DNA of 64,000 bases from an uncultured Methanospirillum sp. (GCA_964637135.1 CAZWTX010000011.1:4297-68296); one strand, 5' to 3'; counted from the stretch's first letter, positions 38,240 to 50,096 are shown. Program-made: numbers and translations. The notes: generated by a model not told the origin, from the letters alone.

Positions 38240-40873
38240 ATGACCCCCTCCCTAAACCATTTCTCCTTTTCATCCATCATTACCGGTCTTCTCGCCCTAT
38301 CTGCGATAATCGGGATATCTGTCATTTCAGGTTTTTCCTGGCAGGAGACGATACACCGGATTGACGCTGACTGGAATGAAACCATCCGCGAGTCAGGTGA
38401 TTCACTCGCATGGTCTCTCTCACAGATCAGCCAGGGGCAATACCATACAGACAATGTCCCATATGATTCTGTCATCGGCAGTTTTGTTGCCAGACACGGG
38501 GAGATCCTCGCAGTGACCCTGTATGATCAGGAACACAGAATGATCGGCGCAGCCGGTCACCAGGCGGGATCGGCCCCGGAGTCAATGATAGACCGGGTGT
38601 TTCTGACAAAAGGTGAGGAGATCATCGAAGATCGCCCAAGCAACACCGTCACCGTCATCCGGTTCATTGATACCATCAGGCAGCCGGGAGGGGCCGGAGA
38701 CCTTCCCGGTCTCGTCTCCGTCATCGTGTATGATTATTCAGGCATTGTCGCCGAAAAAGACCGCGTTCTCATAGCTGGATCGGTGATGACCAGCATTGCC
38801 CTCTTCATGGTCATGCTCTTTTCAGGCATCCTCTTCTGGTACCGTTTGCGGGCGACCCCCCGGAGTGATGACGATATCGGCGGGCAGAGCGATACCATTC
38901 CGGATGATCATCCGGAGAAAAATTCATCAGGAGAAGGAGACGGGTACAGGGAGGTATGGGAGAGCATCCCTGATCTCCTCTGCCGGTTCAGAAAGGACGG
39001 TACCATCATTGCTGTTAATCCGGCGTTTGCCGGTTTTTTCGGAGTGACCGGGCAGGATAGTGCCGGCACCCCGCTCGACCGGTTTCTCCCGCCGGAGCCG
39101 GATCCAAAACCGGGGTGGCGATCTATTCCTGGCGGGAACACCGGGACATGGTCATGGGAACAGGAGATCACGGATAAGACTGGTTCACCGAGATGGATTG
39201 AGTGGACAGGGAGCCCTTCATCCATCAGGGAAGGAGCAGATCTCCTGATCACCGGGCGGGATATCACCACCCGGAAACGGGTTGAAGCAGATCTTCGCGA
39301 GAGCCTGGAGAAGAATACCATCCTCGTCCAAAACCTGCCTGATTATATCCTGGTACACCGGGAGAACAGAATATGCCTCGTCAATCCGGCGATATGTTCA
39401 GGTCTTGGGTACGCAAAGAAAGACCTGATTGGGACTGATTTTTTATCTCTCGTCCATCCTGCTGATCTGGCAGGCATCACTACCTTGCATGAGCGGAATC
39501 TTCCGGAAGGCACCGAGAACCCCCCGATCAGGATCCGGTCATCAGACGGGCAATACCGGAGCGTCCTCGTCAGGATGATGGAGATCTCCTGCAGTGGGGA
39601 TACGGCTACCCAGGTCATCCTCTCTGAGATCCCCCGGTTTGAAAAAACCCAGAAGAAATTCAGGAAGATGGAAGAGCGGTACCGGAATCTCATCGAGCAG
39701 TTGAATGAAGGAATCTGGGTCGTTGATCAGGAGGGCAGGACACTCTATACCAACCGGAGGATGGAAGAGATACTCGGATATTCCCCCGATGAGATGAAAA
39801 ATATCCTGTTCGACGAGTTTTTTGATCCTGAAATGCGGGCATATGCAGGCGAACAACTCCGTCGGCGCCAGGAAGGATACACAGACCGGTACCAGATCAC
39901 GTTCAGACACCGCGACGGGCATGAGGTCTTTGCCGAGATATCGGCAACCCCGCAGATCAATGCCAGGAACCGGTTCCAGAGTTCGCTCGCGGTGGTAACC
40001 GATATCACCGAACGGAACGAGTCAGAGAAAAAAATCCATCAATATACCCTCGAACTCGAGCGGAAAAACGGGGAACTTGAACTCCTCCGTGACCAGATGA
40101 TCCTCGTAAATAATGATCTGGACCGGATCGTCAGGGGAAGAACAGCACAGGTCATGCGACTGCTCAGGCAGAAGGATGAATTCGTTATGCAGCTCGGGCA
40201 TGATCTCAGGACACCGCTCACCCCGATCATCGCCCTCCTTCCTGAACTGACAGAGTCGGTGAAGAGTGAAGAGGGATGTGAAATTCTCCGGATAATCGAA
40301 CGTAATATCCGTTTCATCCAGGATATTGCACAAAAATCACTGAAACTGGCACGGTTGAACTCCGTTGATATCGTCCCTGAACGGGTACCGGTCCAGGTTG
40401 CAGAAACCATACACAGCGTCATCCAGGCTCACCAGCAGAAACTTGACACGACCGGAATCAGGGTGGTGGAAGATATTTCAACGGATCTCATCATCAGTGC
40501 AGACCTGATCCTCTTCCAGGAACTGATTGATAACCTGGTGGGAAATGCTCTCAAGTTTATCTCCCCGGAGACCGGGGTTATCATCATCCATGCCTGGCAT
40601 GACGGAGATAATGCCATTATAACCATCTCTGACAACGGGATCGGACTTGCCGACGGTGAGAAGGACAAAATATTCGAGGAATTTTTCAAGTCTGACCGCT
40701 CACGGCACGATCGATCGTCCATTGGCCTCGGTCTTTCAATCTGCAGGAGAATCGTTCAGAAACACGGGGGCGATATCCATGCCGAAAGTGACGGGCCGGG
40801 AACCGGGACAACCTTCGTTATCCGGATTCCGGGTATTCAAAGAGATGATATACCTGCTTCCCCTATTAACTGA
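38240..40873 (+). CDS. Membrane-bound multi-PAS sensor histidine kinase
   Basis: Two TM helices flanking an extracytoplasmic region, three PAS domains, HDLRTPLTP, NLVGNALKF, DNGIG, GLGL. Confidence 0.93.
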   Translation: MTPSLNHFSFSSIITGLLALSAIIGISVISGFSWQETIHRIDADWNETIRESGDSLAWSLSQISQGQYHTDNVPYDSVIGSFVARHGEILAVTLYDQEHRMIGAAGHQAGSAPESMIDRVFLTKGEEIIEDRPSNTVTVIRFIDTIRQPGGAGDLPGLVSVIVYDYSGIVAEKDRVLIAGSVMTSIALFMVMLFSGILFWYRLRATPRSDDDIGGQSDTIPDDHPEKNSSGEGDGYREVWESIPDLLCRFRKDGTIIAVNPAFAGFFGVTGQDSAGTPLDRFLPPEPDPKPGWRSIPGGNTGTWSWEQEITDKTGSPRWIEWTGSPSSIREGADLLITGRDITTRKRVEADLRESLEKNTILVQNLPDYILVHRENRICLVNPAICSGLGYAKKDLIGTDFLSLVHPADLAGITTLHERNLPEGTENPPIRIRSSDGQYRSVLVRMMEISCSGDTATQVILSEIPRFEKTQKKFRKMEERYRNLIEQLNEGIWVVDQEGRTLYTNRRMEEILGYSPDEMKNILFDEFFDPEMRAYAGEQLRRRQEGYTDRYQITFRHRDGHEVFAEISATPQINARNRFQSSLAVVTDITERNESEKKIHQYTLELERKNGELELLRDQMILVNNDLDRIVRGRTAQVMRLLRQKDEFVMQLGHDLRTPLTPIIALLPELTESVKSEEGCEILRIIERNIRFIQDIAQKSLKLARLNSVDIVPERVPVQVAETIHSVIQAHQQKLDTTGIRVVEDISTDLIISADLILFQELIDNLVGNALKFISPETGVIIIHAWHDGDNAIITISDNGIGLADGEKDKIFEEFFKSDRSRHDRSSIGLGLSICRRIVQKHGGDIHAESDGPGTGTTFVIRIPGIQRDDIPASPIN

Positions 40874-40889
40874 TTATATTGGTGGAACG

Positions 40890-41273
40890 ATGGCGGATGA
40901 TCAATCAGGTATCCTGATCGTAGACGATGACGAGGATATCCTGTTCACGGTGAAATCAATCTTTAAAAAGAACGGGATGGATGTCACGCTCGCAAAAAGC
41001 GGAAAAGAATGTCTTGAGATTCTGGAGAAGGGGTTTCACGGGGTGGTTCTCATGGACATCATGATGCCGGGAATGGACGGCTGGGATACTGTCCACGAGA
41101 TTGTCAGCCGGGGATTGGCAGATGATCTGATCATTTCCATGTTCACGGCCAAGGATGCCCCTGATGCCAAGATGGACTATCTGAAAGAGTACGTGATCGA
41201 TTATATCACCAAGCCCTTTGAACCTGACGAGTTAATCACCGTTGTCAGGGAGTATCTTGATCTCCTCTCCTGA
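40890..41273 (+). CDS. Single-domain response regulator (paralog of 13562-13945)
   Basis: ILIVDDD, MDIMMPGMDG, EYVIDYITKPF. True start MADDQ at 40890. Confidence 0.95.
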   Translation: MADDQSGILIVDDDEDILFTVKSIFKKNGMDVTLAKSGKECLEILEKGFHGVVLMDIMMPGMDGWDTVHEIVSRGLADDLIISMFTAKDAPDAKMDYLKEYVIDYITKPFEPDELITVVREYLDLLS

Positions 41274-41291
41274 ATACGACTCAACCCTGCG

Positions 41292-41846
41292 ATGAAAATC
41301 ATCATTATCGGTTCTTCAACCGGGGGGCCCAGGATCCTGTTCGATCTCTTTGCTAACCTGAGTTGTCCCCATGCAGCGGTGCTCATCGTGCAGCACCTTC
41401 CTGCCTCGACGTCTCCGAGGATGGTAAAAAGACTCGGACAACTCAGCCGGATGACTGTGACCCTTGCAGAAAACGGGGATGAGATCAGAACCGGCACCAT
41501 CTACGTGGCCCCGGGAGATTACCACATGCTCCTTGAGAATAACCAGAGGATTGTCCTCTCTGACGGTGAAAAAGTCAACTTTGTCAGGCCGTCGATCGAT
41601 CTCACCATGAAGTCCCTCGTCCCGGATGGAAAAGACCAGTTTCTCGGCATTATCCTGACCGGGATGGGTATCGACGGGGCAGAGGGGATTTTGTCAATGA
41701 AGACGATCGGGGCGAAAACCATCGTACAGGATCCCAATACTGCAACCATCCGGAGCATGCCCGAAGCCGCCATCCGGACCGGAAAAATAGATGATATCCT
41801 TTCAGTTCCGGATATCAGGGCACGGATTGTATCGTTTGGTTCATGA
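41292..41846 (+). CDS. cheB: Stand-alone CheB-type methylesterase domain (paralog of 13967-14521)
   Basis: [20 protein letters not shown]; 184 aa. Confidence 0.92.
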   Translation: MKIIIIGSSTGGPRILFDLFANLSCPHAAVLIVQHLPASTSPRMVKRLGQLSRMTVTLAENGDEIRTGTIYVAPGDYHMLLENNQRIVLSDGEKVNFVRPSIDLTMKSLVPDGKDQFLGIILTGMGIDGAEGILSMKTIGAKTIVQDPNTATIRSMPEAAIRTGKIDDILSVPDIRARIVSFGS

Positions 41847-44800
41847 CTCCGCACGAAGTCTGAAGACCTCCATATCCCTGTGCATGTTGCCCACCGCGGT
41901 ATTGATGAGATCGATTATCTCGGTGATCTGAGAGACGACGGCAAGTGCTTCCTCACTCGTCGCAGAAGACTGGGTTGCATCGTCTGCCGTCTTCTTTACA
42001 AGACCGCTCATCTCATTTGCGCTTGCAGTGATCTCTTCAAATGAAGCAGCCTGCTGCTCGGTTGCCCGGGCAATGGTGAGCATCTTCTGGTTAATCTCAT
42101 CCACGGCCAGTGTCAGTTCCTTGAAGGTGCTCAGGGTGTCGGTCAGTGCCTGGTTACCCTCCTGAACGGCTTTTCCGGCGGCCTCTATTGCAACCGCGGC
42201 ACTATCTGACTTTTTCTCAAGACCCTGGATCATGTCAGCAATCGATTCGGCAGATGTCCGTGATTCCTGGGCTAGTGCCTTGACTTCAGAGGCGACCACG
42301 GCGAATCCCCGACCGGCATCACCGGCCCTCGCCGCTTCGATTGCCGCATTGAGGGCCAGGAGGTTTGTCTGGTTTGCGAGATCCGTGATGATGTTGACAA
42401 TCTTGCGTATCTGGTCCATCTCACCCCTGATCTCACCGATGATCACCTCGACCTCTCCTGAAGAGCGGGTGATGCTTACCATTCCCTGGTCAGCTGCTCC
42501 CGCATAGTCGGTTCCCTTCAGGGCAAGGTGGTTTGCATCCTCGCTCAGGCGTGCAACCGCATCTGCATTTCCTGATATCTCGCTGACCATGACCGTGAGA
42601 TCGGCCATCGCACGGAGCACCTGATCAATGCCTTCTTCAGATTTTGCAGCGTTCCGGGATGTCTCTTCTGCATTCTGGGCAATTTCACGTGCACCCCGGC
42701 TGACATCCTCTACCCCGTACTGGGCAGTACTGGCATGCTTGGAAAGTCCCTCAACCTCTTCATTGAGACTGGTGATCGTCCCTGATATGTCCTTTCCGAT
42801 GGTATTCAGGATGGCACTGAACCGGGCAAATTCACCGGCAACCGGGAGCGAGGGATCGAAGGCTTCCGAGAAGTCACAGTGAGAATACGCCTCACAAACC
42901 CTGATTGCCTCACGAATCGGACCGATGAACGCATTCAGGGTATTATTCATCCCGATGATGACTTTGGCATAATCTCCAAGATGTATCGCGGGATCAGCAC
43001 GGACCTCAAGGTTTCCGGCCGTTGCAGCGTCTGACAGCAGATTCACGTCGTCGATCAGTTTATGAATCGCTGCGATGCACTGGTTCAGGTTGTTTTTTAT
43101 CTCGTTGAAATCGCCCTTGTACTCTTCAGTAATGGCCGGCGGGAGATCGCCCTTGCTGATGCGGTCGATATATTCGGCTGCAAGGTTCAACGGACTGATA
43201 TATGCATCAACCATGCTGTTGATCCCGCCAATCATCTTTCCGTTGTACCCGATGTACTTTGACGTGTCAGCACGGTAATCAAGCCGGCCGTTATTTGCTG
43301 CTTCGATGAGGGATTTTATGTCATCGTTGCGCATGTGCACGACATCGATCAGGGCATTCAGGTTGTTTTTGATCTCGTTAAAGTCGCCGTGGTACTCCTC
43401 GGTGATACGCGGAGGAAGGTCACCCTTGCTGATGCGGTCGATATACTCAGCAGAGACATTGATGGGGCCGATGTACGCATCCAGCATCTCATTGATGCCA
43501 CGAATCATCTTCCCGTTTTCACCGGGATACTTTTCAGCATCGGCACGAACATCGAGACGGCCTGCAAGAGCTCCCTCAATCAACATCTTGATGTCATCGT
43601 TGCGCATATGCACGACGTCCATCAGGGCATTCAGGTTGTTCTTGATCTCGTTGAAATCACCCTTGTAATCTTCAGTGATACGCGGGGGGATGTCACCCTT
43701 GCTGATACGATCGATATATTCCGCGGATACGTTGATGGGACCGATGTACGCATCCAGCATCTCGTTGATGCCTTCAATCATACGCCCGTTCTCACCGGGA
43801 TACTTCTTCGCGTCAGCACGGACATCGAGACGACCGCCGAGGGCACCGTCAATCAGCATTTTGATGTCAGTGTTACGCATGTGCACGACATCAATCAGGG
43901 CGTTCAGGTTGTTCTTGATCTCGTTGAAGTCCCCGTGATATTCCTCGGTGATACGTGGTGGGATGTCACCCTTACTGATACGGTCGATATACTCAGCAGA
44001 GACGTTGATAGGACCGATGTACGCATCAAGCATCTCGTTGATGCCTTCAATCATACGCCCGTTCTCACCAGGATACTTCTTCGCGTCGGCACGGACATCG
44101 AGATGGCCGCCGAGGGCACCGTCAATCAGCATTTTGATGTCAGTGTTACGCATGTGCACGACATCAATCAGGGCGTTCAGGTTGTTCTTGATCTCATTGA
44201 AGTCCCCGTGGTAATCTTCATCGATACGCGGGGGAATGTCACCCTTGCTGATACGGTCGATATACTCAGCAGAGACGTTGATGGGACCTATGTATGCATC
44301 CAGCATCTCGTTGATGCCTTCAATCATACGTCCGTTCTCACCAGGGTATTTATCAGCATCAGCACGGACATCGAGACGGCCGGCAAGCGCACCGTCAATC
44401 AGCATTTTGATGTCAGTGTTACGCATGTGCACGACATCAATCAGGGCGTTCAGGTTGTTCTTGATCTCATTGAAGTCCCCGTGGTAATCTTCATCGATAC
44501 GCGGGGGAATGTCACCCTTGCTGATACGGTCGATATACTCAGCAGAGACGTTGATGGGACCTATGTATGCATCCAGCATCTCGTTGATGCCTTCAATCAT
44601 ACGTCCGTTCTCACCAGGGTATTTATCAGCATCAGCACGGACATCGAGACGGCCGGCAAGCGCTCCGTCAATCAGCATCCTGATGTCAGTGTTACGCATG
44701 TGCACGACGTCAATCAGGGCATTCAGGTTGTTCTTGATCTCGTTGAAGTCCCCGTGATAATCCTCGGTGATGCGCGGAGGAAGGTCACCTTTGCTGATAC

Positions 44801-46622
44801 GGTCGATATATTCAGCAGAGACATTGATAGGGCCGATGTACGCATCCAGCATCTCATTGATGCCTTCAATCATACGCCCGTTTTCACCGGGATACTTCTT
44901 CGCGTCAGCACGGACATCGAGACGGCCCGCGAGGGCACCGTCGATCAGCAATTTGATGTCAGTGTTACGCATATGCACAACGTCAATCAGGGCATTCAGG
45001 TTGTTCTTGATCTCGTTGAAATCTCCCTTGTAATCTTCAGCAATACGCGGGGGAATGTCACCTTTGCTGATGCGGTCGATATATTCAGCAGAGACATTGA
45101 TAGGGCCGATGTACGCATCCAGCATCTCGTTGATGCCTTCAATCATCTTCCCGTTTTCACCAGGGTACTTATCAGCATCTGCACGAACATCGAGACGACC
45201 TGCGAGGGCACCGTCAATCAGCATCCTGATGTCAGTGTTACGCATGTGCACGACGTCAATCAGGGCATTCAGGTTGTTCTTGATCTCGTTGAAGTCCCCG
45301 TGATAATCCTCGGTGATGCGCGGAGGAAGGTCACCTTTGCTGATACGGTCGATATATTCAGCAGAGACATTGATAGGGCCGATGTACGCATCCAGCATCT
45401 CATTGATGCCTTCAATCATACGCCCGTTTTCACCGGGATACTTCTTTGCGTCAGCACGGACATCAAGACGGCCGGCAAGCGCACCGTCGATCAGCAATTT
45501 GATGTCAGTGTTACGCATGTGCACGACGTCAATCAGGGCATTCAGGTTGTTCTTGATCTCGTTGAAGTCCCCGTGATAATCCTCGGTGATACGGGGAGGA
45601 ATGTCACCCTTACTGATGCGGTCGATATACTCCGCAGAGACGTTGATCGGGCCGATGTACGCATCCAGCATCTCGTTTATCCCTTCAATCATCTTCCCGT
45701 TTTCACCGGGGTACTTCTTTGCATCGGCTCGGACATCGAGACGGCCGTCAAGCGCTCCCTGGATAAGCATCTGGATATCGACATTGCGCATATGCACGAC
45801 ATCGATCAGCGCATTCAGGTTGTTCTTGATCTCGTTGAAGTCACCACGATACGTCTCGGTGATACGCGGGGGAATATCACCTTTGCTGATACGGTCAATA
45901 TATTCAGCAGAGACGTTGATGGGGCCGATATACGCATCGAGAATATTGTTGACACCTTCGATCATCTTCCCATGGTAACCGGGATACTTCGAGGCGTCGG
46001 CACGTGCGTCCAGCCGTCCTTCGATTGCTGCTGTCGCCAGGAACTTGATATCGTCGCCACGGAGTTTTGCCACCTCGATGAGCCGGTTCACCCCTTTTAC
46101 GATCTTCGCAAATTCACCGGAATAGAGATCCTTGTCTATGGGATCGGGAAGGTTTCCGTCCGCGAATGCGATCATCGCCTCACCTATCTCACGTGACGGG
46201 GCAGAAACACCTTCCACCGCTTCATCAAGATTCTCGATCATCCGGGCAAACCCCCCGGTGTACCGCTCGGGATCTACCCGGATAGAGAGATCTCCCTGCA
46301 TAAATGCCTTGGAGATACGGGAGATATCTCCCTGCATCATCGCCATGCCGGTCCGGAGCTTTTCAAGGGTATCTGATATCATTGCCCGCTGACCGGGAAG
46401 TCGTCCAATGTCAGAAGAGAAATCTCCTGCCTGGATTTGTGTAACCGCTTTGGAGATGACACCAATCTCTCCGACCTGCAAATCAATCAGATTGTTCACA
46501 AGGTCGGCGATATCCCTCTCCGTCTCGCCGAGCTTGGAGGTTTCAACCCGTGCTTCTGAAAGGCCGGTTTTCTGAAGATCTACTGCTTTTTTAATTTCCT
46601 CAAACAGACGCTCGATGTCCAT
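41841..46622 (-). CDS. Cytoplasmic poly-HAMP methyl-accepting chemotaxis protein
   Basis: C-terminal signalling hairpin [34 protein letters not shown]; no TM segment; repeated 91-aa units. Likely start MDIERL at 46622. Confidence 0.95.
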   Translation of the reverse strand: MDIERLFEEIKKAVDLQKTGLSEARVETSKLGETERDIADLVNNLIDLQVGEIGVISKAVTQIQAGDFSSDIGRLPGQRAMISDTLEKLRTGMAMMQGDISRISKAFMQGDLSIRVDPERYTGGFARMIENLDEAVEGVSAPSREIGEAMIAFADGNLPDPIDKDLYSGEFAKIVKGVNRLIEVAKLRGDDIKFLATAAIEGRLDARADASKYPGYHGKMIEGVNNILDAYIGPINVSAEYIDRISKGDIPPRITETYRGDFNEIKNNLNALIDVVHMRNVDIQMLIQGALDGRLDVRADAKKYPGENGKMIEGINEMLDAYIGPINVSAEYIDRISKGDIPPRITEDYHGDFNEIKNNLNALIDVVHMRNTDIKLLIDGALAGRLDVRADAKKYPGENGRMIEGINEMLDAYIGPINVSAEYIDRISKGDLPPRITEDYHGDFNEIKNNLNALIDVVHMRNTDIRMLIDGALAGRLDVRADADKYPGENGKMIEGINEMLDAYIGPINVSAEYIDRISKGDIPPRIAEDYKGDFNEIKNNLNALIDVVHMRNTDIKLLIDGALAGRLDVRADAKKYPGENGRMIEGINEMLDAYIGPINVSAEYIDRISKGDLPPRITEDYHGDFNEIKNNLNALIDVVHMRNTDIRMLIDGALAGRLDVRADADKYPGENGRMIEGINEMLDAYIGPINVSAEYIDRISKGDIPPRIDEDYHGDFNEIKNNLNALIDVVHMRNTDIKMLIDGALAGRLDVRADADKYPGENGRMIEGINEMLDAYIGPINVSAEYIDRISKGDIPPRIDEDYHGDFNEIKNNLNALIDVVHMRNTDIKMLIDGALGGHLDVRADAKKYPGENGRMIEGINEMLDAYIGPINVSAEYIDRISKGDIPPRITEEYHGDFNEIKNNLNALIDVVHMRNTDIKMLIDGALGGRLDVRADAKKYPGENGRMIEGINEMLDAYIGPINVSAEYIDRISKGDIPPRITEDYKGDFNEIKNNLNALMDVVHMRNDDIKMLIEGALAGRLDVRADAEKYPGENGKMIRGINEMLDAYIGPINVSAEYIDRISKGDLPPRITEEYHGDFNEIKNNLNALIDVVHMRNDDIKSLIEAANNGRLDYRADTSKYIGYNGKMIGGINSMVDAYISPLNLAAEYIDRISKGDLPPAITEEYKGDFNEIKNNLNQCIAAIHKLIDDVNLLSDAATAGNLEVRADPAIHLGDYAKVIIGMNNTLNAFIGPIREAIRVCEAYSHCDFSEAFDPSLPVAGEFARFSAILNTIGKDISGTITSLNEEVEGLSKHASTAQYGVEDVSRGAREIAQNAEETSRNAAKSEEGIDQVLRAMADLTVMVSEISGNADAVARLSEDANHLALKGTDYAGAADQGMVSITRSSGEVEVIIGEIRGEMDQIRKIVNIITDLANQTNLLALNAAIEAARAGDAGRGFAVVASEVKALAQESRTSAESIADMIQGLEKKSDSAAVAIEAAGKAVQEGNQALTDTLSTFKELTLAVDEINQKMLTIARATEQQAASFEEITASANEMSGLVKKTADDATQSSATSEEALAVVSQITEIIDLINTAVGNMHRDMEVFRLRAES
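43080..46030 (-). repeat. 273-bp coding tandem repeat (91-aa di-HAMP unit), 10 near-identical copies plus diverged flanking copies
   Basis: [17 protein letters not shown] occurs 10 times, plus [17 protein letters not shown] once; first to last offset is 2730 bp = 10 x 273. Confidence 0.97.
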
Positions 46623-47010
46623 TAGTAACACCCCAACCGTAACGTGATGCAACGTTCAGAACCAGTGCAGGTTCTGATGTGGTTTGTTCGTCACTCATGC
46701 ATATAAGGAGTAGGGATCGTAAAATCCGGTTCTCACCAGGAGATGATACCAGCACCAGCCCTTATTTCACTGATCATTCACTATCCGCTTTCTCTCAAAG
46801 GAGTTTTAAAGGCAATACCGTTGGAAAGGGACACGAATTCTTCCTCAAAAGAGTATTGTTGGTATGATAAAATATGAATGTTTTCTGATCTTAATCCCAA
46901 TTATTTTAGGTTTTGAGAAAAATTCGACAACCTGCCCCGAAGGGAAGCGTTAAAAAGATGTCACGAGGAGGTGTTCTTATTCCGAAAAGGGCCATATCCC
47001 GCCGGAAAAC

Positions 47011-48087
47011 TCATAACGAACCCAAAAGAAGAACTGCCCGGACATCTCCTTCCGGAAGACAGCACAATTTCACATCAAACCGGATCTTCTTCCCTGAGGG
47101 AAGAACGCCATCGATAACCGTATCATTACCAGAACGAAGGACTTCCGGAATTACACGGGTGATCCAGGGTAACATGGTGTCTACATCGACAGGTTTTTCC
47201 TGGTTGTTCGTGCCCGGACCGGCGATCAACTCATCCATGGCAGGATTGAGGTATTGGAGGGAACCATTCTGGTCAAGGACCAGAACTGGTTGTCTTATGG
47301 AATCGGTAATAGTCCGGTACAGGTTTTCTCCCGGTACCCGGGATCCTGTATTCCCTTCGGTCACATCACGGATGATTCCACCGATCCCGGTGGCTTGTTC
47401 ACTGAAGAGAATGGGAAAGAGATGAAACCTGAAATCCCGCCCCCTGAACGGTTCGATGAACCGGACCGGAGAGGAGGTTGTGAGCACTTCCTCCTCGGCA
47501 CGCGAACAGATTGCATCAAGATCGCCAGGCAGGAGATCGCTATCTTTTGTTCCGTTGGTATCATCTGATAAAGAAAGCCCGAGAAACTCCCGGTATGAGG
47601 TATTCAAAAAGATAAACCGGTGTTCGTCATCCTTGATGAAGGCAAAGTCTGAAAGCGAATTGAGAAAGGTCTTCAGCCGGTGTTCGCTTTGAAAGGCGGC
47701 AAATTCAGCTAGGTTTCTTCTGACGAGGTGTTTGACGGTATTGATCAGTTCGGTGAACAGGGTATGGGGTTCGCCCCCTTTCTGCAGGTAAAAATCCGCC
47801 CCGTTGTTCAGGGCATCAATCACCACCTCTTCACGGCCTTTTCCGGTGAATATGACAAACGGGATGAGGGGATTTTCAGAACGAACCCGTTTTAAAAACT
47901 CAATCCCGTCCATGTCCGGCATATCATAGTCAGAAATCACTGCATCAAAGTGTTCCCCCCTCATTATCTCAAGCCCATCGAGAGGAGACTCAGCAGTAAC
48001 CACATCAAAGCCTCCTTCCTGGCGAAGATAGATCTCGGTTACGGCAAGAAGCGACGGTTCATCGTCAATATAGAGCACTTTTGTCAT
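47011..48087 (-). CDS. Response regulator with receiver and two PAS domains, no output domain
   Basis: YIDDE, SDYDMPDMDG, FTGKG, YLQKG; PAS ending GIIRDVTE. Confidence 0.92.
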   Translation of the reverse strand: MTKVLYIDDEPSLLAVTEIYLRQEGGFDVVTAESPLDGLEIMRGEHFDAVISDYDMPDMDGIEFLKRVRSENPLIPFVIFTGKGREEVVIDALNNGADFYLQKGGEPHTLFTELINTVKHLVRRNLAEFAAFQSEHRLKTFLNSLSDFAFIKDDEHRFIFLNTSYREFLGLSLSDDTNGTKDSDLLPGDLDAICSRAEEEVLTTSSPVRFIEPFRGRDFRFHLFPILFSEQATGIGGIIRDVTEGNTGSRVPGENLYRTITDSIRQPVLVLDQNGSLQYLNPAMDELIAGPGTNNQEKPVDVDTMLPWITRVIPEVLRSGNDTVIDGVLPSGKKIRFDVKLCCLPEGDVRAVLLLGSL

Positions 48088-48278
48088 ATTCGTGAGAGTA
48101 ACCCCTGATGGACGTATGTACAGGAATTAGATTAGGATGTATATCCATCTCAATGATATATCATCAAATCGGTTTCCTGATTGCCCGCGTCGTTCACCGA
48201 CCGACATAGCCACGAGCCACCGGGCAGATACCAGAATTATCAGGCATTCTGCCTGGAATAGTACCACAAAAGAATGAA

Positions 48279-48363
48279 TGCGAGGGAAGGGATTTGAACC
48301 CTCGAACTCCTGCGAGACAGGACTCTGAATCCTGCTCCTTTGACCTGGCTCGGATACCCTCGC
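48279..48363 (-). tRNA. tRNA-Leu(CAG)
   Basis: GCGAGGG acceptor pairs CCCTCGC + A; anticodon stem CAGGA/TCCTG with loop TTCAGAG; long variable arm; GGTTCAAATCC T-arm; 85 nt; CCA not encoded. Confidence 0.98.
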
Positions 48364-48424
48364 GCCACTACAGGTTATCCTGTTGAGTTATTAACCTTTA
48401 TCTTCAGCCATTCAGGAAACGGGA

Positions 48425-50095
48425 TCAGGAGGATTCCTGGTACCGTTTGAGCTCGCGAACCCTGAGTTCGGCCCGTTTGATCTTCCCGGAGAGGGTTTTT
48501 GGGAGTTCTTCGGTGAACTCAATGATCCGGGGATACTTATACGGGGCGGTTATCCGTTTCACATGCTTCTGGATATCTTTCATCAGCTGATCTGATGGTT
48601 CAAACCCGGGTTTCAGAACGACGAATGCCTTTACGATCATCCCCCGGATAGGATCGGGCGATCCGACCACAGCTGACTCCTGGACTGCCGGATGCTCCTG
48701 AAGGGCACTCTCCACTTCAAAGGGACCGATCCGGTATCCTGAACTCTTGATTACATCATCATCCCTGCCAACAAACCAGAAATATCCGTCATCATCCTCG
48801 TAGGCTTTGTCTCCGGTATAGTAAAACCCATCCTTAAAGGACTCTCCGTTCGCCTCAGGATTCTCCAGATATTCGGTAAACAGCCCGACCGGGCGGGGAT
48901 TCAGGCTGATGGCCAATCGTCCTTCAATGCCTTTCTCAACCGGCTTTCCGTTATCATCGTGCAGCTGGATATGCCATCCGGGAACCGGCCGGCCCATGGA
49001 TCCGGGCTTATGCTGCATGCACGGGAAGGTGGCGACACAGCAGCAGGTCTCGCTCTGTCCGTACCCCTCGTATATGGAAAGCCCGGTCTCCTCACGCCAG
49101 ATACGGTTCACTTCCGGGTTAAGCGGTTCACCCGCAGAGACACAGTGTCGCAGGGATCGGAGATCATATTTTCCAAGGTCGGCGATGATGAGCATCCGGT
49201 AGATGGTCGGGGGACAACAGAAGGTGGATATCTCGTACTTCTCAATGAGGGGGAGCAGTTCGGTTGCCTTGAACTTGCCCCGTGCATCATAAATAAAGAG
49301 ACAGCATCCCTCGATCCACTGGCCGAAGATCTTTCCCCATGCGCATTTTGCCCACCCGGTGTCAGAAGAGGTGAAATGAAGGTCATTCGGATAGAGATCC
49401 TGCCAGAGACGGGCCGTGACAATATGGCCGAGCGGGTAGGAATGGGTATGAAGGACCATCTTCGGTTCCCCGGTGGTTCCCGATGTGAAGTAGATCAGCA
49501 TCGGGTCGGTTGAATGGGTCTTTTGCAACACCGGCATACTGATCACTGACCGGGAAACCGGCGCAGGATAATAGAGTTCGTACGGGTAGCTGATCCAGTT
49601 TGGCAGTTCCCCGTCGATGAGCATCCGCTGCTGAATAGACGGGCAGAACCGGCATATCTTCTCTACCTTGTCAGCATTTTCAAGATCGGTGATGATCATG
49701 CTGAATTTTCCCGCGTTGATGCGGTACTGGAGATCCTTGGGCGTCAGCATCGTTGGTGACGGGCAGAAGACAGCCCCGAGTTTGGTGAGCGCGATCACAA
49801 ATATCCACCACTCGGGAACCCGGTGCAGCATCAGCATGACCCGGTCTCCTTTTTTTATCCCGTACTTGATGAGAATATTAGCGGCTTCCACCGAGAGATT
49901 CCGGAGATCACGAAACGTGAACTTCTTCTCTTCGCCTTTCTGGTCCACCCAGATCATGGCCAGCTTATTCCGGTCAACGTCAGCCCACCGGTCTATGACA
50001 TCAAATCCAAAATTGTAATACTCAGGGACCTCGATTGAAAAATCCCGCGTGAATTCTTCATAGGAAGTCATCCGGTGCGGCAATTCCTGCTTCAT
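48425..50095 (-). CDS. Acyl-CoA synthetase (AMP-forming, medium-chain ACSM-like)
   Basis: YFTSGTTGEPK, EGYGQSET, YYTGD, GRDDDVIKSSGYRIGPFEVES, LPKTLSGKI. Confidence 0.95.
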   Translation of the reverse strand: MKQELPHRMTSYEEFTRDFSIEVPEYYNFGFDVIDRWADVDRNKLAMIWVDQKGEEKKFTFRDLRNLSVEAANILIKYGIKKGDRVMLMLHRVPEWWIFVIALTKLGAVFCPSPTMLTPKDLQYRINAGKFSMIITDLENADKVEKICRFCPSIQQRMLIDGELPNWISYPYELYYPAPVSRSVISMPVLQKTHSTDPMLIYFTSGTTGEPKMVLHTHSYPLGHIVTARLWQDLYPNDLHFTSSDTGWAKCAWGKIFGQWIEGCCLFIYDARGKFKATELLPLIEKYEISTFCCPPTIYRMLIIADLGKYDLRSLRHCVSAGEPLNPEVNRIWREETGLSIYEGYGQSETCCCVATFPCMQHKPGSMGRPVPGWHIQLHDDNGKPVEKGIEGRLAISLNPRPVGLFTEYLENPEANGESFKDGFYYTGDKAYEDDDGYFWFVGRDDDVIKSSGYRIGPFEVESALQEHPAVQESAVVGSPDPIRGMIVKAFVVLKPGFEPSDQLMKDIQKHVKRITAPYKYPRIIEFTEELPKTLSGKIKRAELRVRELKRYQESS

Positions 50096-50096
50096 G

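Noticed and set aside
9301-46030. CRISPR array interpretation of the tandem repeats
   Set aside because: Both arrays are contiguous, in-frame coding repeats without unique spacers, and no cas genes are present.
43335-46196. 953-aa plus-strand ORF and many repeated 80-120-aa ORFs over the HAMP array
   Set aside because: Antisense shadows of the repetitive MCP gene; one stop-free unit is simply repeated.
46650-48425. Genomic island integrated at tRNA-Leu
   Set aside because: No integrase, no duplicated tRNA 3' end seen, no compositional shift.
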